Assembly (NCBI RefSeq): GCF_009914755.1
Contig: NC_060947.1
Direction: 5' to 3' (one strand)
From: the human T2T-CHM13v2.0 reference genome, Homo sapiens
Length of the DNA: 64,000 nucleotides
Part shown: positions 1 through 14,859 of the stretch, piece after piece
Layout of the letters: each line of letters opens with the position of its first letter
Numbering within the stretch: position 1 is the first letter of the stretch
Notes under the pieces: generated by a model
Database searches by the model: none
The model's input: the letters and a program-made list of their open reading frames with translations, nothing else
What the model was told of the DNA's origin: nothing
Program-made: the position numbers and the translations under genes

Positions 1-149
1 TTTAAAGTTTTTCCTATTAAGCTTCTATGTAGATATTTTCTTCAGTGACTTTTTCCCTCCACATTTCTAATATTGACAGCTCATTTCTTTATCTTGGTGT
101 ATAAAATTGGATAGATGCTCCAGAAAAAAAAACCTGAAATATAGTAAAG

Positions 150-420
150 ATAGAGACCATTCTTGCCTTGCTCCTGAATGTAGTGGGATTGCCTCTATAC
201 TCAGTATTTAATGGGTATCGGCTCCTGGGTTGAGACACATACATTTTATCTTACTATGGAAGTACCTTTCTATTCCTAATTTACAAATAATTATTATTAA
301 AAATAGATGTTGAATTTAATAGCATGTTGTTTGGGCACCTAATAATTTGATCATTTGGGTTTTCTTTTTCTCCACTCACTAATTGGTATGATAAATCATA
401 TTCTATTTCATATGGCTGTA
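150..420 (-). mobile_element. Old L1M ORF2 fragment (antisense)
   Basis: cattcttgccttgctcctgaa...gaagtacctttctattcctaattt...gatgttgaattt resembles degraded antisense L1 ORF2. Confidence 0.5.
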
Positions 421-629
421 TGGTTTATTTTTGTTAATGTTTTCATAAGATGGACTTACTGATTCCTTTAATCTTTCTGACTTTGTTTTCCTTGTTATTC
501 TGTAGGAAATACATAGTTTTATTTGTTTATCCAATGTATTTTTTCAATAAAGAAAAGTTTGATCTTATCTTTCTCTTCTTGTTTCATACATTATGACTTT
601 CATGCTTCCAAACATTTAATTTTGCCAAG

Positions 630-1062
630 TGTAATAGATTTTCCAATTAACTGCTCCCCTCCTATAAGAGGATAGTAGATCCTTGCCCATTGCCACGTGA
701 TCTTTAAAAATGCCCTGTGAGAAGTGTATGTGACACTTCTCCACTGATGTCAGATGTGGGTACATGACTTGATTTAGTAAATGTAATGCCAATGGACTGG
801 TTATACCTTATAACTGAGTAGAAGCAGGGGGAAAAGAAAGGCCTTTGTGTATTTTAGTCTCCTCTTTTTCCCTCTGAAATGAGGAGTACCTGTTCCATAT
901 AGGGGATGATCCCTTCAGAACTAATCCTGAAATGAAGACATGTGGGGCAGAGCCTCAGCCAAAATGTAACATGAGTGAAAGGTAAATATTTGTTGTTGTA
1001 AGACACTAAAAATTAAGGGTTGATTTTTTTCTACAGCATAGTCTATTGAAAGCTGAAAATAC
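630..1062 (+). mobile_element. MLT1-type (ERVL-MaLR) solo LTR, old
   Basis: Typical MLT1 3' end: aacatgagtga...aaatatttgttgttgtaagacactaaa...tacagcatag...gctgaaaata. Confidence 0.6.
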
Positions 1063-1229
1063 CAAGAACCTGTCTTTTAAAAAATATGCATGGTTAGGTG
1101 GGTTTTTTCCAGAAGCCTTCTAATTTAGCTACAGAATTTAACTAAATATTCACTATATTAATTTCTGACCCATTCGCAAACCAATCTAATGGAGCAGAGG
1201 CATTTAGATAATGACTCAAGGCCTTTTTT

Positions 1230-1480
1230 ATGTTCTCACTCATAGGTGGGAATTGAACAATGAGAACACTTGGACACAGGAAGGGGAACATCACACACCG
1301 GGGCCTGTTGTGGGGTGGGGGGTGGGGGGAGGGATAGCATTAGGAGAAATACCTAATGTAAATGATGAGTTAATGGGTGCAGCACACCAACATAGCACAT
1401 GTATACATATGTAACAAACCTGCACGTTGTGCACATGTACCCTAAAACTTAAAGTATAATAAAAAAATTTAAAAAAAAAA
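1230..1480 (+). mobile_element. L1PA 3' end, 5'-truncated, with poly(A)
   Basis: tgttctcactcataggtgggaattgaacaatgagaacacttggacacagg...aacttaaagtataataaaaaaa matches the L1PA 3' UTR. Confidence 0.95.
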
Positions 1481-3779
1481 CGGAGAGTGATCCCAATTGC
1501 CTATCTTCTCTAACCTTGTCCCTGAGTAGAATATTTTCAACATCTGATGCTCTTTGAGATACAGATAGTATAAGACGGATGTGTAATACGTTAGTTATGC
1601 ATCTCAAGCCATGCTTTATTTGCTGCTGCCAATTTCTCAGTTGCTTGTATTTAATAAGAATGACATGGGTTTTTAAATTCTAAATCAAAGCATCAGTGAA
1701 AAATATATGAGCTGACCTACAGTACTACAAAGAATTTTACGATCAGAAGGAGGAGAGTTTTTGTCTTATTACCTCATTTTTTCATAAAGTGTGCTGTGAT
1801 GAATGGGATCACAATCATCATTGACCCTATTCTAGCTTACATAGGGAATCAAAGTTTATACATAGAATAAAGTCATTTTGTATAGGGTGTCACTAATCAA
1901 TAAGTTTCCTTTGATTCCAGTTCACATATTGCAGTACATTCTAAATCAAAACATAATAATCTAAATCAAAACATCAGAACATTCATAATCAAAACTTAAT
2001 GCAGTCAATATTATTTTGATTTCTTTTTCAAGGTAAGAAAATAATATATTTCAGGATGTTTCCCAAACACTTATCTAAATTCCAAGTATTTGATTTCCTA
2101 GGAAAATTTTTCTCTCGTTGCATCTTTTGTTACTATTTCTATTCCATTTCTTTTGATCTGATCTTCAGATATATGATTATCTTCACTGATGGATCTCTCC
2201 TATCTGGCCTCCACCTTTATAATTTCTTATCATTTTTATCTCTTTATACTTCCTCTCAACCTAATGGAAAAAAAAAAAAACGCCTCAAGTTTTCCTCCAT
2301 CTTAGTGATTTTGCAGGGTAACTCCTCATTACTGTTTCCAATATAGGCTTTTAATATGCTAAATAATTTGTATTCATTTATTAAGCTTTGTAGCTAACAT
2401 TCTTTTAATTCCCACTTTCTTTCCTCCCTTTCTTTCTTACCATATTTTATACCATATCTCTTATTTCTTATGGTCATATTTTCTTAAACAGTATTGCGAA
2501 CATATATCATAGGTTACCTAATATTTACTGCTTTTTGTTGTAATCAATGCTTTCAAAATTATGCTCTTCCATTTCATCTGTTCTTATGTTCTCCTGTAGG
2601 TAATTCCTTTCCATTAGCTCAGTGTTTGACTTTTACTAATCACTCACAGTGCAATTCCAGTTGGCTCTCCCTGGCCTGGTGGAAAGATTCTTCCTGCATC
2701 ACCTCTTTGGCCCCTAGAGGCCCTTAAATGCCCTAGATGCAATTAGAGCTCAGGTACATTGGAAGAAGGGAATATGATGGATATTTATATAATCCATTCA
2801 ATGATTTGGCAGCCAGAAAGAAGTGGAAAAAAATCAGAGTTGTGAAGAATGTCGACCTTGTATAGATTCTTCTCTCTGTGTAATGATGTTATGAAAGCCG
2901 CTTTCTATAGCAAATATTCCCACACCTGCACCCAATAACTTCGGTGGTCGCGCCAGCCCCATTTCTGATGTTACCATCACTGGTGACTTCTAAGATTTGA
3001 CTCCAAACATTTTCATTGCTATTAAACTCAGTAGCGAAAAGTGTTCCCAGAATTCACCCTCACCTCCAAACTGTAGCCTTCATTATTAAGGAAGTTTTTA
3101 TAAATTCCTGCCAGATTTCATCTACTTACTTCAATCAATGTTCAACTGTCCTCCTAGGAAAATTCATTTTGAACAAATACTTTGTAACTTCCTTTTGTGT
3201 GGTCCCACAGCACTGAATCAGCATATTTTTTTCAATGTTTAGAATGTGTGTGCTATACTTCCTGCCTCAGTATAGCAGAGAAAGAAAAAAAATTGTATTT
3301 CCCCTTACTGCTAATATTTCTTCCAAAATCTACCTAAAATTTTCAAAAGAATGGAAAGAGTGATGGTTTTCTGCATAGTGCAAGAAGTCTTTTCATTGGT
3401 GAAGAATTTACTTTCATCTTTGGCATCAAAATCCCATTGGTCAGCAATTTTTCTAAGTTTGCCTAACTTTATTTTCAGCTGTCACTTCAATTTCTTTGAC
3501 TAAACTTGTTAAACTTACTATCTCACCATGCTCTACTTCGATTTCAGGGCTTAAATTTACATTCCTTTTTGCAGTAAACGTAGAAATTACCAAAAGAGAA
3601 CACATTCACCTTCCTGTTTCCAGATCTACAAACTTATCTGCATCCTCAACTGTTCATTCTCCCTTTCATTATAATAGAAAGTGTCAATTTCCCTGTACTC
3701 ACACTAGTCTCCTAAACTGTCTGGAGTCTCCCAACCCATTCCAACACAAATAACTCAAGGAAAATGTATCCCATGAGCC

Positions 3780-4400
3780 ATCTTTGAAATCTTCCTCTTC
3801 CTCATTCCTCATATATAATCCAATTCTTTGTTCTCTCAATCTCTGCTGCTGTCAGCCTACACAAAACATCATCATCTATAGGCTGAGCCAGTGCAATTGC
3901 CTCTGAGTGATCGGCCCTGATCTAATATTATAATCTCAAATTCTTTACTATATTATAGCCAAAGTGATCCTTTTGGATATTTCAGAAATTCAGATAAGAT
4001 CATGCCTCTCCATCACATAAAACATTTCAATACGTCCTATAGGAGAAAACAAAATCATTAACATGTCTCTACCAACCTCTGTCTCTCCAATCTAATCCTG
4101 TACCCTATCTTATTTCTCATGACCCAAGGCCTTTTTGTATGCATTCCTTGTGCATAGAATGTTCGTTCCTTCTCTGTTCACCTCATCAATTATTATTCAC
4201 CTGTCAAATTTCATCTACATTATCATTCCCTCGGGAAAAACTTTCCTGACTTCCTGACTCATATGGCCTGCTTCCTATTAGAATGAAAGATCCAGGAGGA
4301 TAGATACAATATATCTTTTAATCACATTTTTATACCCAGCACCCAGCATAATACAAAAAACAGAGTATGACTCAATAAGTACCTGCTGAATTAATGAGGA
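3780..4400 (+). mobile_element. L2 LINE 3' remnant
   Basis: cagataagatcatgcctctc, ccagcacccagcata...ctcaataagtacctgctgaattaatga resemble the L2 3' end. Confidence 0.6.
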
Positions 4401-4674
4401 CTGAATGTAGGAAGAAGAATCTACAATGGAAGATGAGAAAAACACAAACATGGCAGTTGTAAACTCGGTGAAGACTTTAGCTTCAGGAGCTGGGGGAGAA
4501 GAACATTTCACAAAGGAAAAGTAAACACATCCAATGCTGTTGAGAAGTCAAGTGGGCCTATGAAGATGGAGTTAGCCAATATGTAGGTAATTGATGAGTT
4601 TAGGGATAGTTGCTTCAATGGAGAAGGAGAGATAGTGCCTATGGACAGGCCTTTTCAAAATTAAAAAATATATA

Positions 4675-4827
4675 TTTTTAGAGACAGAATGTCACTCTGT
4701 CATTCAAGCTGGAGAGTAGTAGTGTGATCATGGCTCACTGTATCCTTGATCTCCTGGGTTCAAGCAATCCTCCCACCTCAGCCTCCCAAGTAACTGGGAT
4801 TACAGGGGTGAGCCACTGCACCTGGCT
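4675..4827 (-). mobile_element. Alu monomer (FRAM/FAM-like)
   Basis: Single ~150-bp arm gagacagaatgtcactctgtc...gtgagccactgcacctggc. Confidence 0.85.
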
Positions 4828-5439
4828 CTAGACAAGTCTTTAAACATGCTTATCTCTGTAGAAAAAGGAAAAAAAAATAGAGAGGTATGTGTAGCAACAT
4901 GTGGGTGAAAAGGAGAAAGATGGTTATTTTTAAATACTGATGGAAGAGAGCCAGTAGAAGGATTGAAGATACAGGAATTAAAATGATCTTTAGAGTAAGG
5001 TGGATATTATTCTTGTAATGAAGAAGAATGAAGAGAAATGAAGCAGATTCACCAGAAATGGGTTTTACTTCCAGCTACCCAAGATAAACCTTTAAAATCA
5101 AGAAAAACAATTCATAATTTAAAGTATGAGAATGAAAATAAGGTAATTATCCAAACTGTTAACTTTAACATAGTATGATCCATGCTCCCTCGAGACTCCC
5201 CTTGACCTGGGGTATCACAGTAGAGTTCGGAATCACTGAAAATTTAAGTTTTGAGAACTTTGAACCTGAAATAAAAGCTGAACACCAGTGTTTCATGTTT
5301 AAAAGTTATTTTAATAAGTTTAGTTTGTAAATAATTTGCTGATTTTTCCCTGTTGGAAGTTTCTGAAGCATATTACTGGTTGTCGTTGTTTTCATTCTAG
5401 TTTACAAATTGATCACTGTTGGGTAGGAGGATAATGATA

Positions 5440-5680
5440 AAAGAGAGAAGAGGACTGGGAGTCGCAAGGGCTCAATGACAGCTCTGGCTCTGCTGCTAAT
5501 TAACTGTAGGACTTTGCATCAGCCATTTCATCTTTCCAGCCTTACTTTCCTCATCTACAAAATAAGAATAATAAGGTCTACCATACTTTTCTCACAGGGC
5601 ATATATTGTGAAGATCAAACGTGTTCATGCATATGAAAGCCCTTTTACTCATATAAAATACTATACAAAGTACTTGGATG
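5440..5680 (+). mobile_element. MIR SINE
   Basis: ctggctctgctgctaattaactgtaggactttg...tttcctcatctacaaaataagaataata matches the MIR core. Confidence 0.65.
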
Positions 5681-6009
5681 AAAAGACATGAAACCTCTGT
5701 GAGAAATGTTGCTCCACCCCTTCCCAGGCATGTAGTTTGGGCAGGCTCCTTAACACTTCTATTCCTCAGTTCCCTCACTTGCTTAATGGGGATAATGTTC
5801 TCTAGCTCCTGAAATTTTTATTAAGATTAAATTAATTGTGAATAAAAGGTGAGAGTATACCTGTTAACTGTGCCTTGATTTGACATTTATTCTGCCTATG
5901 AGTTTTGTTCTTTTATTTTCAACCTGGGGGAGATGAATTTACTTGCATTGTTTAACATTAGATAGGATTCAGACTCTCATGTGTTAAAGTCTTTTACAGC
6001 TTTGCTATT

Positions 6010-6165
6010 TGACTGATTGTCCCCAGGCCAGCAGCAGCAGCAGCACTTGGGAGCTTACTCGGAATGCAGAATCTCAGGCCCCAATCCAGACTTACAGAAT
6101 TAAAATATACATTTTAATAAGATCCCCAGGTGTTGTGTACACAATTAATTTTGGAAATCATGGTT
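6010..6165. mobile_element. MER5A hAT-Charlie MITE
   Basis: cagcagcacttgggagcttactcggaatgcagaatctcaggcccca...ttttaataagatccccaggtg. Confidence 0.8.
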
Positions 6166-8669
6166 TAACAAACTATCCAGTTGTTAGGAGGGGATTCAAA
6201 GAGAGCAATGTACAAACATACTGAAAACTTTGATGCTATTTCCTCCTGTTCATTTTCCTTTGTCTTCAGTCCCCCATCTCTGTTTTACTATAAAAATGAA
6301 ATGACTCAAATAAGAGAAAAATGGAGTGCTAAGTTGGACACGCTTCAACTGTGTTTGTGAAGTGGTTTTATACTAGGGCAAGAATTTGCCCCTGTGCCCT
6401 CCTATTGTCACTCATTAGATTTCTCTGCCTTGAATAACACTGTCAAGTTGGGGCCTTCTTATCCTCCCTACCCATCTATTCTTTAACTTGCCACCACCAT
6501 TAAAGGCACTATCAAAATGCAGTGTGATAAGGAGAGTGTCCAAGTTCCTGCTCATTAACAACCAAGGAAACTACAGTTCTACAGATTTTTCTGGCGGTTT
6601 CTCAGAGGTGAAGGTGAAATGTAGAAAAATATTTAAGCAATTCATTTGTAACTTTTTAATAGGCATTTAGAGGTATGCCATATTTTTAAAAGTTGGCAGT
6701 TAGAGAATCAAGTAGAGTCTGTTTCAATAAATTTTAATAACAAACCACATAGCCTGATTCTACCATGGGCAAAAGTTTTGTTGTTTGGTTTTTGTTTTTA
6801 CATTTTTTACTTTGTTAAGTCTTCTATTAGAAGACTGAGAAAGCTTGTTACTGTGGACACTAGTGATATTTCAGCAATGAAGAAAGTTTGCAAGTTGCTG
6901 ATGAAGGTAAGCTAAGTCCACCTTACTTCAGCCCAAGGTCTACAGCCTTTTACTAAATATAAAGAGAGGCATCTTGTCAGTGCTCCAAAGGAGAGAGATT
7001 TACAAGTTATCCAAAATAAGTTAGCATCTTCTGGGCTGAAAAGATATGTCATGCAAATAAATATACAGGGAAGTTATCAGGGGAATGTTTCCAAATGAAG
7101 TCTGTAATTTTTTTAATTACTCTATTTCCTTCATTAAAATTCTCCCTTTGAAATGGCAAATGGTCCTTTAAACACAGCATCTAAGATTTTGATTTATGGA
7201 AAACCAGATGTTAGTTCAGTTTGATTTAAATGTCTTTAGGGGTAGCTATGATTTTAGCAGCAGCATATATTGCATTCATACGGCAGGCCTTCCACACAAC
7301 ATTTAAAGATTTGTGTGTCCCTTGGAGATACAGGTGAGGGAATTGTTCCTTTTTACTTCATGCTAACAGGCCCAATTTTTCAATTTGTAATTACATAGCC
7401 CATGGTCATCCTGAGAGGTTGCTGGAACTGGTGCTATTCAAGCAAACTTTGAGGAAGTTATGGCAAATAAAGGCTAAGGAGATGATCACCTGAGAAATTA
7501 GGATAATTAAACAGTCATACCCACCAGGGCTCTTAGAATGCAGTTAGCAGCGATTGTGAGCATTTTATTTAGTCATTGCTAAATAAAGTCAAGGTTGAAT
7601 AATAGAGTCTGCTGTTATGGTCTGGCTGGAAACTTTAGAAAAGGAAATATATGAATGAATTTTTATAAACTGGACAAAAAGCAGGGGAAAAAATAAAATT
7701 TCAAACAAGGAAGCAAGCATGACATATATGACATTACCTTCAATACTACGTGTGTGTTTCACATCCCAAGTTAGATCATGGTCTTGTTCTAGGAATAGGT
7801 ATATTCTCTTCACAAGAGTCCAGGATTAAGGCAAAATAAACCCACTGATCATTTTTAAGGTTTCCAATTTGCTAACCTTTTAACTTCTGGCTGCTGGGAG
7901 GAGAAAACCTAGATGAATAAGACTCTTTTGTGCTTTATACCCTTTGAAAAGAGTAAGAAGAAAATTAAAAGGAAACAGGGAGATATTAAAGACTTTGTTC
8001 TTAGAGAAAAGGAAGGAAAGAATGAAGGAAGGATGGAATGTATGTAGGAAGGCAGGGAGACAGGCAACTTGCATGATCTGATGTGGTTCATTAAAAATTC
8101 ATCCCATATCTTCTATAATATCATCTCCAATTAACATTAATTTATGATTAGACAATGTGGGCAGCTATCTTGGCAACATGACATAATTGGAGCTGCAAAT
8201 TGAGATCCTGTCTCAAAGTAGCTTCTTCTCTGGTCATATATTTCAGGAGTTTCTTTTCATCTTTTTTTTTAAAGGCAACAGCAAAAATAATTTTGTATTC
8301 TTATTATAAAAATAATGCACTGATATTGGCCTGTTTTAAAATGCAGAAAAACAAAGCATAAAAACATTTTAACTTTATCACCTGAGGAGAGAACCACCAC
8401 TGTTAACATTATCCTTTAATTGCTTTTTACAGTTCATAAACAAACATGATAAAAAATGTCTTGTAATATAACAATTTATCTTAATGATATATGGGAAAGG
8501 TCTCCTTTATCACTGAATATTATTTTATAACTTTATTTTTTAAAAATTGAATAGCATTCCATCATATGAATTTGTAAGACTTTTTAAATCTACTCCTATT
8601 TGGGAATGTTTATATTATTTCTAGTTTTTTAGTGTTAGAAACAAGGCTGTTATCAACATTGCTGTAGCT

Positions 8670-8810
8670 CAGTGGTTCTCAGCCAGGATTGATTTTGTCC
8701 ACCAGCGGGTATCTGGCAATATCTGGAGAGATTTTTGACATCCAGATATTTTGGTACAACAAGGGGTAGGGTGGGAGGAGATGCCACTGCCATCTAGTGA
8801 GTAGAAAACT
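8670..8810. mobile_element. MER20 fragment (hAT-Charlie)
   Basis: cagtggttctcagccagg...tggcaatatctggagagatttttg...catctagtgagtaga. Confidence 0.7.
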
Positions 8811-9035
8811 CTATTTCACAAAATTATTGAAACCTACATGAGATCACTGACTGTGCTGATGAAATCAAAATATTTTCATTTATGAGCCATAATATTGTTT
8901 TTATCTGCTAAGCATTACTCAAAGTTTTGTTGAAAAATTTTAAAGCAGGAATATGTGAGAGTTTTCATAGGTGACATTATTTGGAACAAAAAAAAAATCA
9001 CTGGTAAAGGTGAATTTTCCAAATATTCATTATCA

Positions 9036-9383
<348 letters not shown>

Positions 9384-9399
9384 TCACCTATTTTTAATA

Positions 9400-11580
9400 C
9401 CTTGCCTCTACTTTCAAGGGATAAATATAATCTGATTAGGTAGATATTGGTTATTTTTGCCTTATATCTTGTTTCCTTGGTCAAACTTCCCAGAGGTTTC
9501 TCAACTTAAGAACTGATTTCTAACTCATTGATACCATGTTCTACGTGTGTTTCCTGTTCCACCAGTTTCTTTTTTTATGCTTTCTTTGAGTTTATTTTGC
9601 TATTCTATTTCTAACTTCTTAGGATGTATGTTTAGTTCATTAATATTCTTCTTTTATAATACGTAAATTTAAAACTATACTGCTTCATCTAAATATACAT
9701 TAGTTTCACCTCACTTTTATTTAAACTATTTATATTATTTCCCTCGAGATAGTTTCTAAATTATAGTATCAAAACTTTGAAGCTTATTTTTAAAATTGAC
9801 ACAATATGTACTGAATTTTTAAGAACTGTTTTATTTGTGTTTGATAGGAATGAGTACTCTGTAGATATTGGGTACAAGTTTTATACATATATATCCATTA
9901 GGCAAAATTTGCTAATCACAGCTAAATCTTCCACATTCTTGGTGTTTATATGTAATTTTTCACCATGTTTATATATATGCTTATTCTGTTGCCATTGATT
10001 TTTGCCTTATTTGTTTTGAATCTATATTATTTAGTGCATATGAATTTGTTTTTATACCTTCCTGATGAAAACAAGGTTTATTATAATGATATGACACCAT
10101 TAGTGAAAAATGTCTTTTCTTTTTTTTAAAAAAAAGCCTATTTTATGTAATATTAATACACGTAGATGGGCTTTCTTGAATTAGGTATTTGCAGGCTAAT
10201 TTATTTCTTATTTTATTTTCAGATTTTCTTTAACCTTATGTTGTATATGAATTTATTAAAAACAGCATATAGTTGAATTTAGTTGTTTTTCAGTCTGATG
10301 ATCTTTGCCTTTTAAGCAGAGCAGTTAATATATCTAACTTAATGTAAATTTCGATAGATATGATTCAATATATATCTATATTTTTGGACTTTATAATTTT
10401 CCCACCTATTTTTAATTTTTGTTTCTCTCCTTTCTCATCTTCTTTTTGGAGGGTTGTATATTAACATCTTTATCTTTCCTTATTTTTTCATTAGCTCACT
10501 TGAAAATTACAGTCTCTTTCTATTCTTTGTTACTCTAGGAATTACAATAATATGCCAAATGTATCAAATTATGAATTTAATACTTCTAAATTCCTTCTGG
10601 AAAATTTAAATACTATAATCCAGCTTAAAATTAACACCCTTCCTAATATACATTATTATTAACCTATATTTTATTCTAATTTTTAATAACATGAGACACA
10701 GACATAATTATTATAACTTTATATTTAGTCACTGTTCATTTAGATTTACCACTTTTACAGTTGTCCTTATTTTTGTATCTCAGACCTTCTGTCTGAGATT
10801 ACAGTCTTTCTCTCTGAAGTAACTTTCTTAAAGCTTTTCAAAGAAATTAGGAGCTACTATTGGTAAACTGTCCCATATTTGTATGTTTGTTTCATTGTTT
10901 TGGTCTGAAATGTCTTTATTTTGACCTCATTCTTTAAAATTCTTTTCCCTTGATACAATTTTAGGTTAAAAGTTATTTTATTTTAACACACTGAAAAGCT
11001 CATTCCACTATCTCTTTCTTCTGTTTTCTCTATAGAAGTCATTCTGTCATGTCTTTGACGGTTTTTTGCTATGTTGCTCTTAATATTTTTCCTTTGTCTT
11101 TAGTGTTCTGCATTTCCACTCTGATGTGTCTAATTACAGATTCTAGTAGTTATCCTGTGAGGAATTCATCAATCTTCTCAAGTCTGTGGAATGATGTCTT
11201 TATTCTGTTCTGAAAATTTTTCAAGTCTTTATACCTTCAAATATTGCTCCTGCCACATTCTCTTCCTTTTCTCTTCTTGACATTGTGATTACATGTACCT
11301 TATACCTTCAAACACAGCCTTGCATGCCCCTTACCCTCTCTTTCATATTAGGAAGTTTATACTGCAAAGATATCTTGCATCTATATAATGTATTCTGAAT
11401 TAGCCACAATTTACTAATTTTCTCTTAAGTCATGTCTGCTGTTAAACTCATTCATGACATTCTTAAGCTTGATTATATTATTTTTCTTTTCTAGAAGTCA
11501 TGCTTGATTATTTTTTAAATGGGATAGATTTTTTTAAGTATGTTCCCTGTTGATATTTTCAAACATATTTTTTAATATGA
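9400..11580 (-). mobile_element. Degraded antisense L1M (ORF1/ORF2 region)
   Basis: T-rich stretch with L1M antisense motifs (tctatattatttagtgcatatgaattt; ttcaaatattgctcctgccacattctcttc). Confidence 0.6.
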
Positions 11581-11671
11581 TAATCACAGCGAAGCTTTTG
11601 TTTATGGCTAAAATGGAGTAATCAAAGCCACTTTATGCTTCTAATTTAAATAACTGAATTATTGGACAAAG

Positions 11672-12436
11672 TGATAAAGACAGGAGGCAGGAGGGCAGGG
11701 TCCCTGGTGAAGGCTCCACTCTCAAGCCTGGACCCATGGCCTTAAAGGAGGACAGGCATTCCTCTTTTCACACCCAAATTTTGCCTTTTGGCCGTGCCCC
11801 CCATCCTGTGCCCTTATAAACCCCCAGCTTCACAAGCAGAAGAGCAAGAAGAGTGGCAGAGCAGCACGGCAGAGGAGAGAGAAGAAGCATTTGAACAGAA
11901 GAAGCATTTGAACATTGAGAGGAGTTCGGCTGGGGACAGTCAGAGAGGAGATCGGCCACGGGATGGCTGAACTCCAGGGGAAGACCATCTTCCCACTCCA
12001 TCCCCTTTCAAGCTCCCCATCCATTTTGCTGAGAGCCACCTCCATAGCTCAATAAAATCCCCGCATTCACTATCCTCCAAGTCCGTGTGACCTGATTCTT
12101 CCTGGATGTCGGACAAGGACCCAGGTACCAAGAGGACAGGGTGTAAAAGGCTGTCATCCTGATTCTCCACTGAGATGGTTAACACTTAGCCATTTGGGAA
12201 CAGCAACTGCTAACAGAGAATTAACTGTAACACACTCATCTGGGAACAGCAACTGCTAAAAGAGCATTAACTGTAACACACCCCTAGACACTGTCATTGG
12301 GCTGGAGCCCAAAAGCGCTCACCCCGGCTCCTGCACCTGTCCATCTGTGTGCCCTCCCTCCCATAAGGCGGCCAAGCAAACAAGCTACACCCCTGTCACA
12401 AACCCTGCGAGGGGGTGAGGGAACTCTCCCATCTCA
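11672..12436 (+). mobile_element. ERV1 solo LTR, LTR1/MER52 group (LTR1-like), inserted in an L1 5' region
   Basis: TG...CA termini (tgataaagacaggaggcagg...gggaactctcccatctca), AATAAA near 12051, imperfect TSD aaag/aaaa. Confidence 0.85.
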
Positions 12437-13890
12437 AAAATATATGGAACAACAGCTTTCAGACATTGTAAAACAGGAAGCACAGCAAAGTGATCTCTGA
12501 GAGAAGAGAAATAAATGAGGTAGTCCAAATTCACTGCCTGGAGAGAACTTCATGGACACAGTGCAGGGAAGGAGAACTCAAACACAGCTTGTTTTCTCCC
12601 TGAGTTGAAGAGACAGAATAAAAAATCAGAAGAGGTCAAGATAGCTAGAATTTGCAGGATAGAGTAACAGAGAGAAAAGCACTGGAAAAGAGAGAGCTCC
12701 AGAGATCTAAAAAGCACATCCCTCCAGCCTCTATTTAAGAACTGGTGAGCACATGTATATGAGGAACTACCCAAGGCCAGGGAAAGAACCATATAAGAAG
12801 TGAATGGGTGAAACAATCCTCAGAGCTCACACAGGGCCTGAAATAGTTCATGTGCCCACCACTGGGGTGGAAAAACTTATTATTCCCAGCACATTAGGTA
12901 GAAGACTCAAGATACCCTAGTAACTTAGTAGTGGGAAAAAAATTAGTCCCAGACTCAACATTGTTCCGGTTCTAACAAAGCTTAAAAACAAACCTTAGAA
13001 GAATGATACTCTCTTGAAACACTTTACTTGTGTTCCAGGAAAAAAACAAACCTTAAAAATATTTCTAAGAATACAAAAATATCCAGTTCCCAAGAAGGTA
13101 ATCATAACATCTGGCATCCAGTAAAAAATTACTAGGCATGTGAAGAATCAGAATAACTTGGCTCATACTGAGCAGAAAAATCAATTAATAGAAACAAAAG
13201 CAGAAATGACACAGAAGGAATTAGTAGACAAGGACATTACAATGGTTAAATTAACCATATTCCATATATTTAAGAAAAGAGAGAAAACATTGGCCTATAA
13301 AGGAGAGCAATGAAATATATTTTCTAAAGATCACAATTGAACAAATAGAGATTTAAAAAATTCTGAGATAAAAAATACACTGAATGGAATTAACAACAGA
13401 TTTATGCACTTACTGCCAAACAAAAGATTTGTGATCCTGAAAATAGCAAAAGAAACTATCCAAAATTAAACACAGAGAGGAGAAACACTGAAAAAAAAAT
13501 TAAGCATTAGTGAGCTATAGACAACTGCAAGTAGCCAGATATATGTCTAATTAGAGTTCCCAAAGGATAGGAGAAGGGGTTGGGGAAACATTTTTTTTAA
13601 GTAATGGCAAAATTTTCTCCAATTTGTTTTTTAAAAAACTATAAACCTCAGACCCAAGGATCTCAATAAGAGACAAGACGGACAAGAAACATAGAAACAC
13701 TAAGCAACATCATAATCAAATTGTTCAAAACACGAAATGGAGATAAAATTTTGAAAGCAGCAAGGGAAAAAAGACCCATTATGTACAGATGAACAAAGAA
13801 TAATGAGAATTCTCATAAAAACAGTGCAAGCCAGAAGATAGTGGAGCCAGGTCTTTAGAAACCCAAAAGAGAAACGAAAAGTCAACAATT
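12437..13890 (+). mobile_element. Old L1M 5' UTR/ORF1 fragment
   Basis: A-rich ORF1-like sequence (gaaactatccaaaattaaacacagagagg; cataatcaaattgttcaaaac; gaaagcagcaagggaaaaaagac). Confidence 0.75.
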
Positions 13891-14599
13891 GTGGGGGTGG
13901 AATGAGACAGGCTGACTCTTACCCTAAGGGTTTCAATTCAATACAGAAAGAACATCTAGTATAATTTTCAACAAAGATGGACACAAAAGTTTCTTTTCTT
14001 GTCCCCTTTTCCTTATGTATTTGTTAAAAAAAAAAAGTTCAAGTTAGCCTATACTGATAAATACCTAGAACAATGGGAAATTCAGTACTGCGTTTATCTC
14101 TCTGGATTCCCATGTTCCCTTAGAATTTTTGTGTGGTAATTTTGTATTCTCTTGACAGCACTTTGGTGTATTTCATTCATTTTCAGTGGGAGGATGGTCC
14201 AACCTAGCATCTCCATATTCTGGCAAAGGAATCAGTAATTTTCGGGGTCACTCTCCATTTCATTACAAAATATTTTACACATTTTATCATTTAAAGTCCA
14301 AAGATTATAAAATTACTGACATTCACAATATCAAAAAAACAGAAAAAATTGATACAAAAGCACAATATATGGAAAACGAAGTGATACAGGTGTACTCTTC
14401 ATTCCTTTGTAATGTAGAACTACATTCTACATGGTCCCTCAACAACTTCATCTACAGTGTGTGGGTAGGACAATCTGAATGTGGAAAGGGCACGCTACTG
14501 ATCATAAAATTAAAACTTCATAAAGCTTAATTTACTCCTCATTGTAAGTTAAAAATAAACTTTAATCGAATTTATACTAATTTCCATGGATCATATTAT

Positions 14600-14679
14600 T
14601 GAAAGTTGAACAACATGAAACTGTGTTTTTGAAATCAAAAGTGGTTAAATATTGGCAATCACATGTGGTTCAACTTAAT
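14600..14679. mobile_element. MADE2-like mariner MITE (~80-bp palindrome)
   Basis: Terminal inverted repeat aagttgaacaacatg...catgtggttcaactt. Confidence 0.7.
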
Positions 14680-14859
14680 CCTATTTTGAAGGCCAATGAT
14701 ATGACCAAAAGAGCATAAAATTGGGAGGCAAAACTTTGATCTCACCATTTAGGTATCCTTGGAGCTTTGAGATATTAATTTGCATCTCTAAAACTCTGGA
14801 GTGTTGGGAGATTTAAACAATAGGACTTTCTTAAAATGTTTACCAAATTCTGGCACAGC

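Noticed and set aside
14186-14530. 114-aa ORF, and a similar one at 38093-38437
   Set aside because: Non-ATG start, AT-rich, no recognisable domain or exon structure
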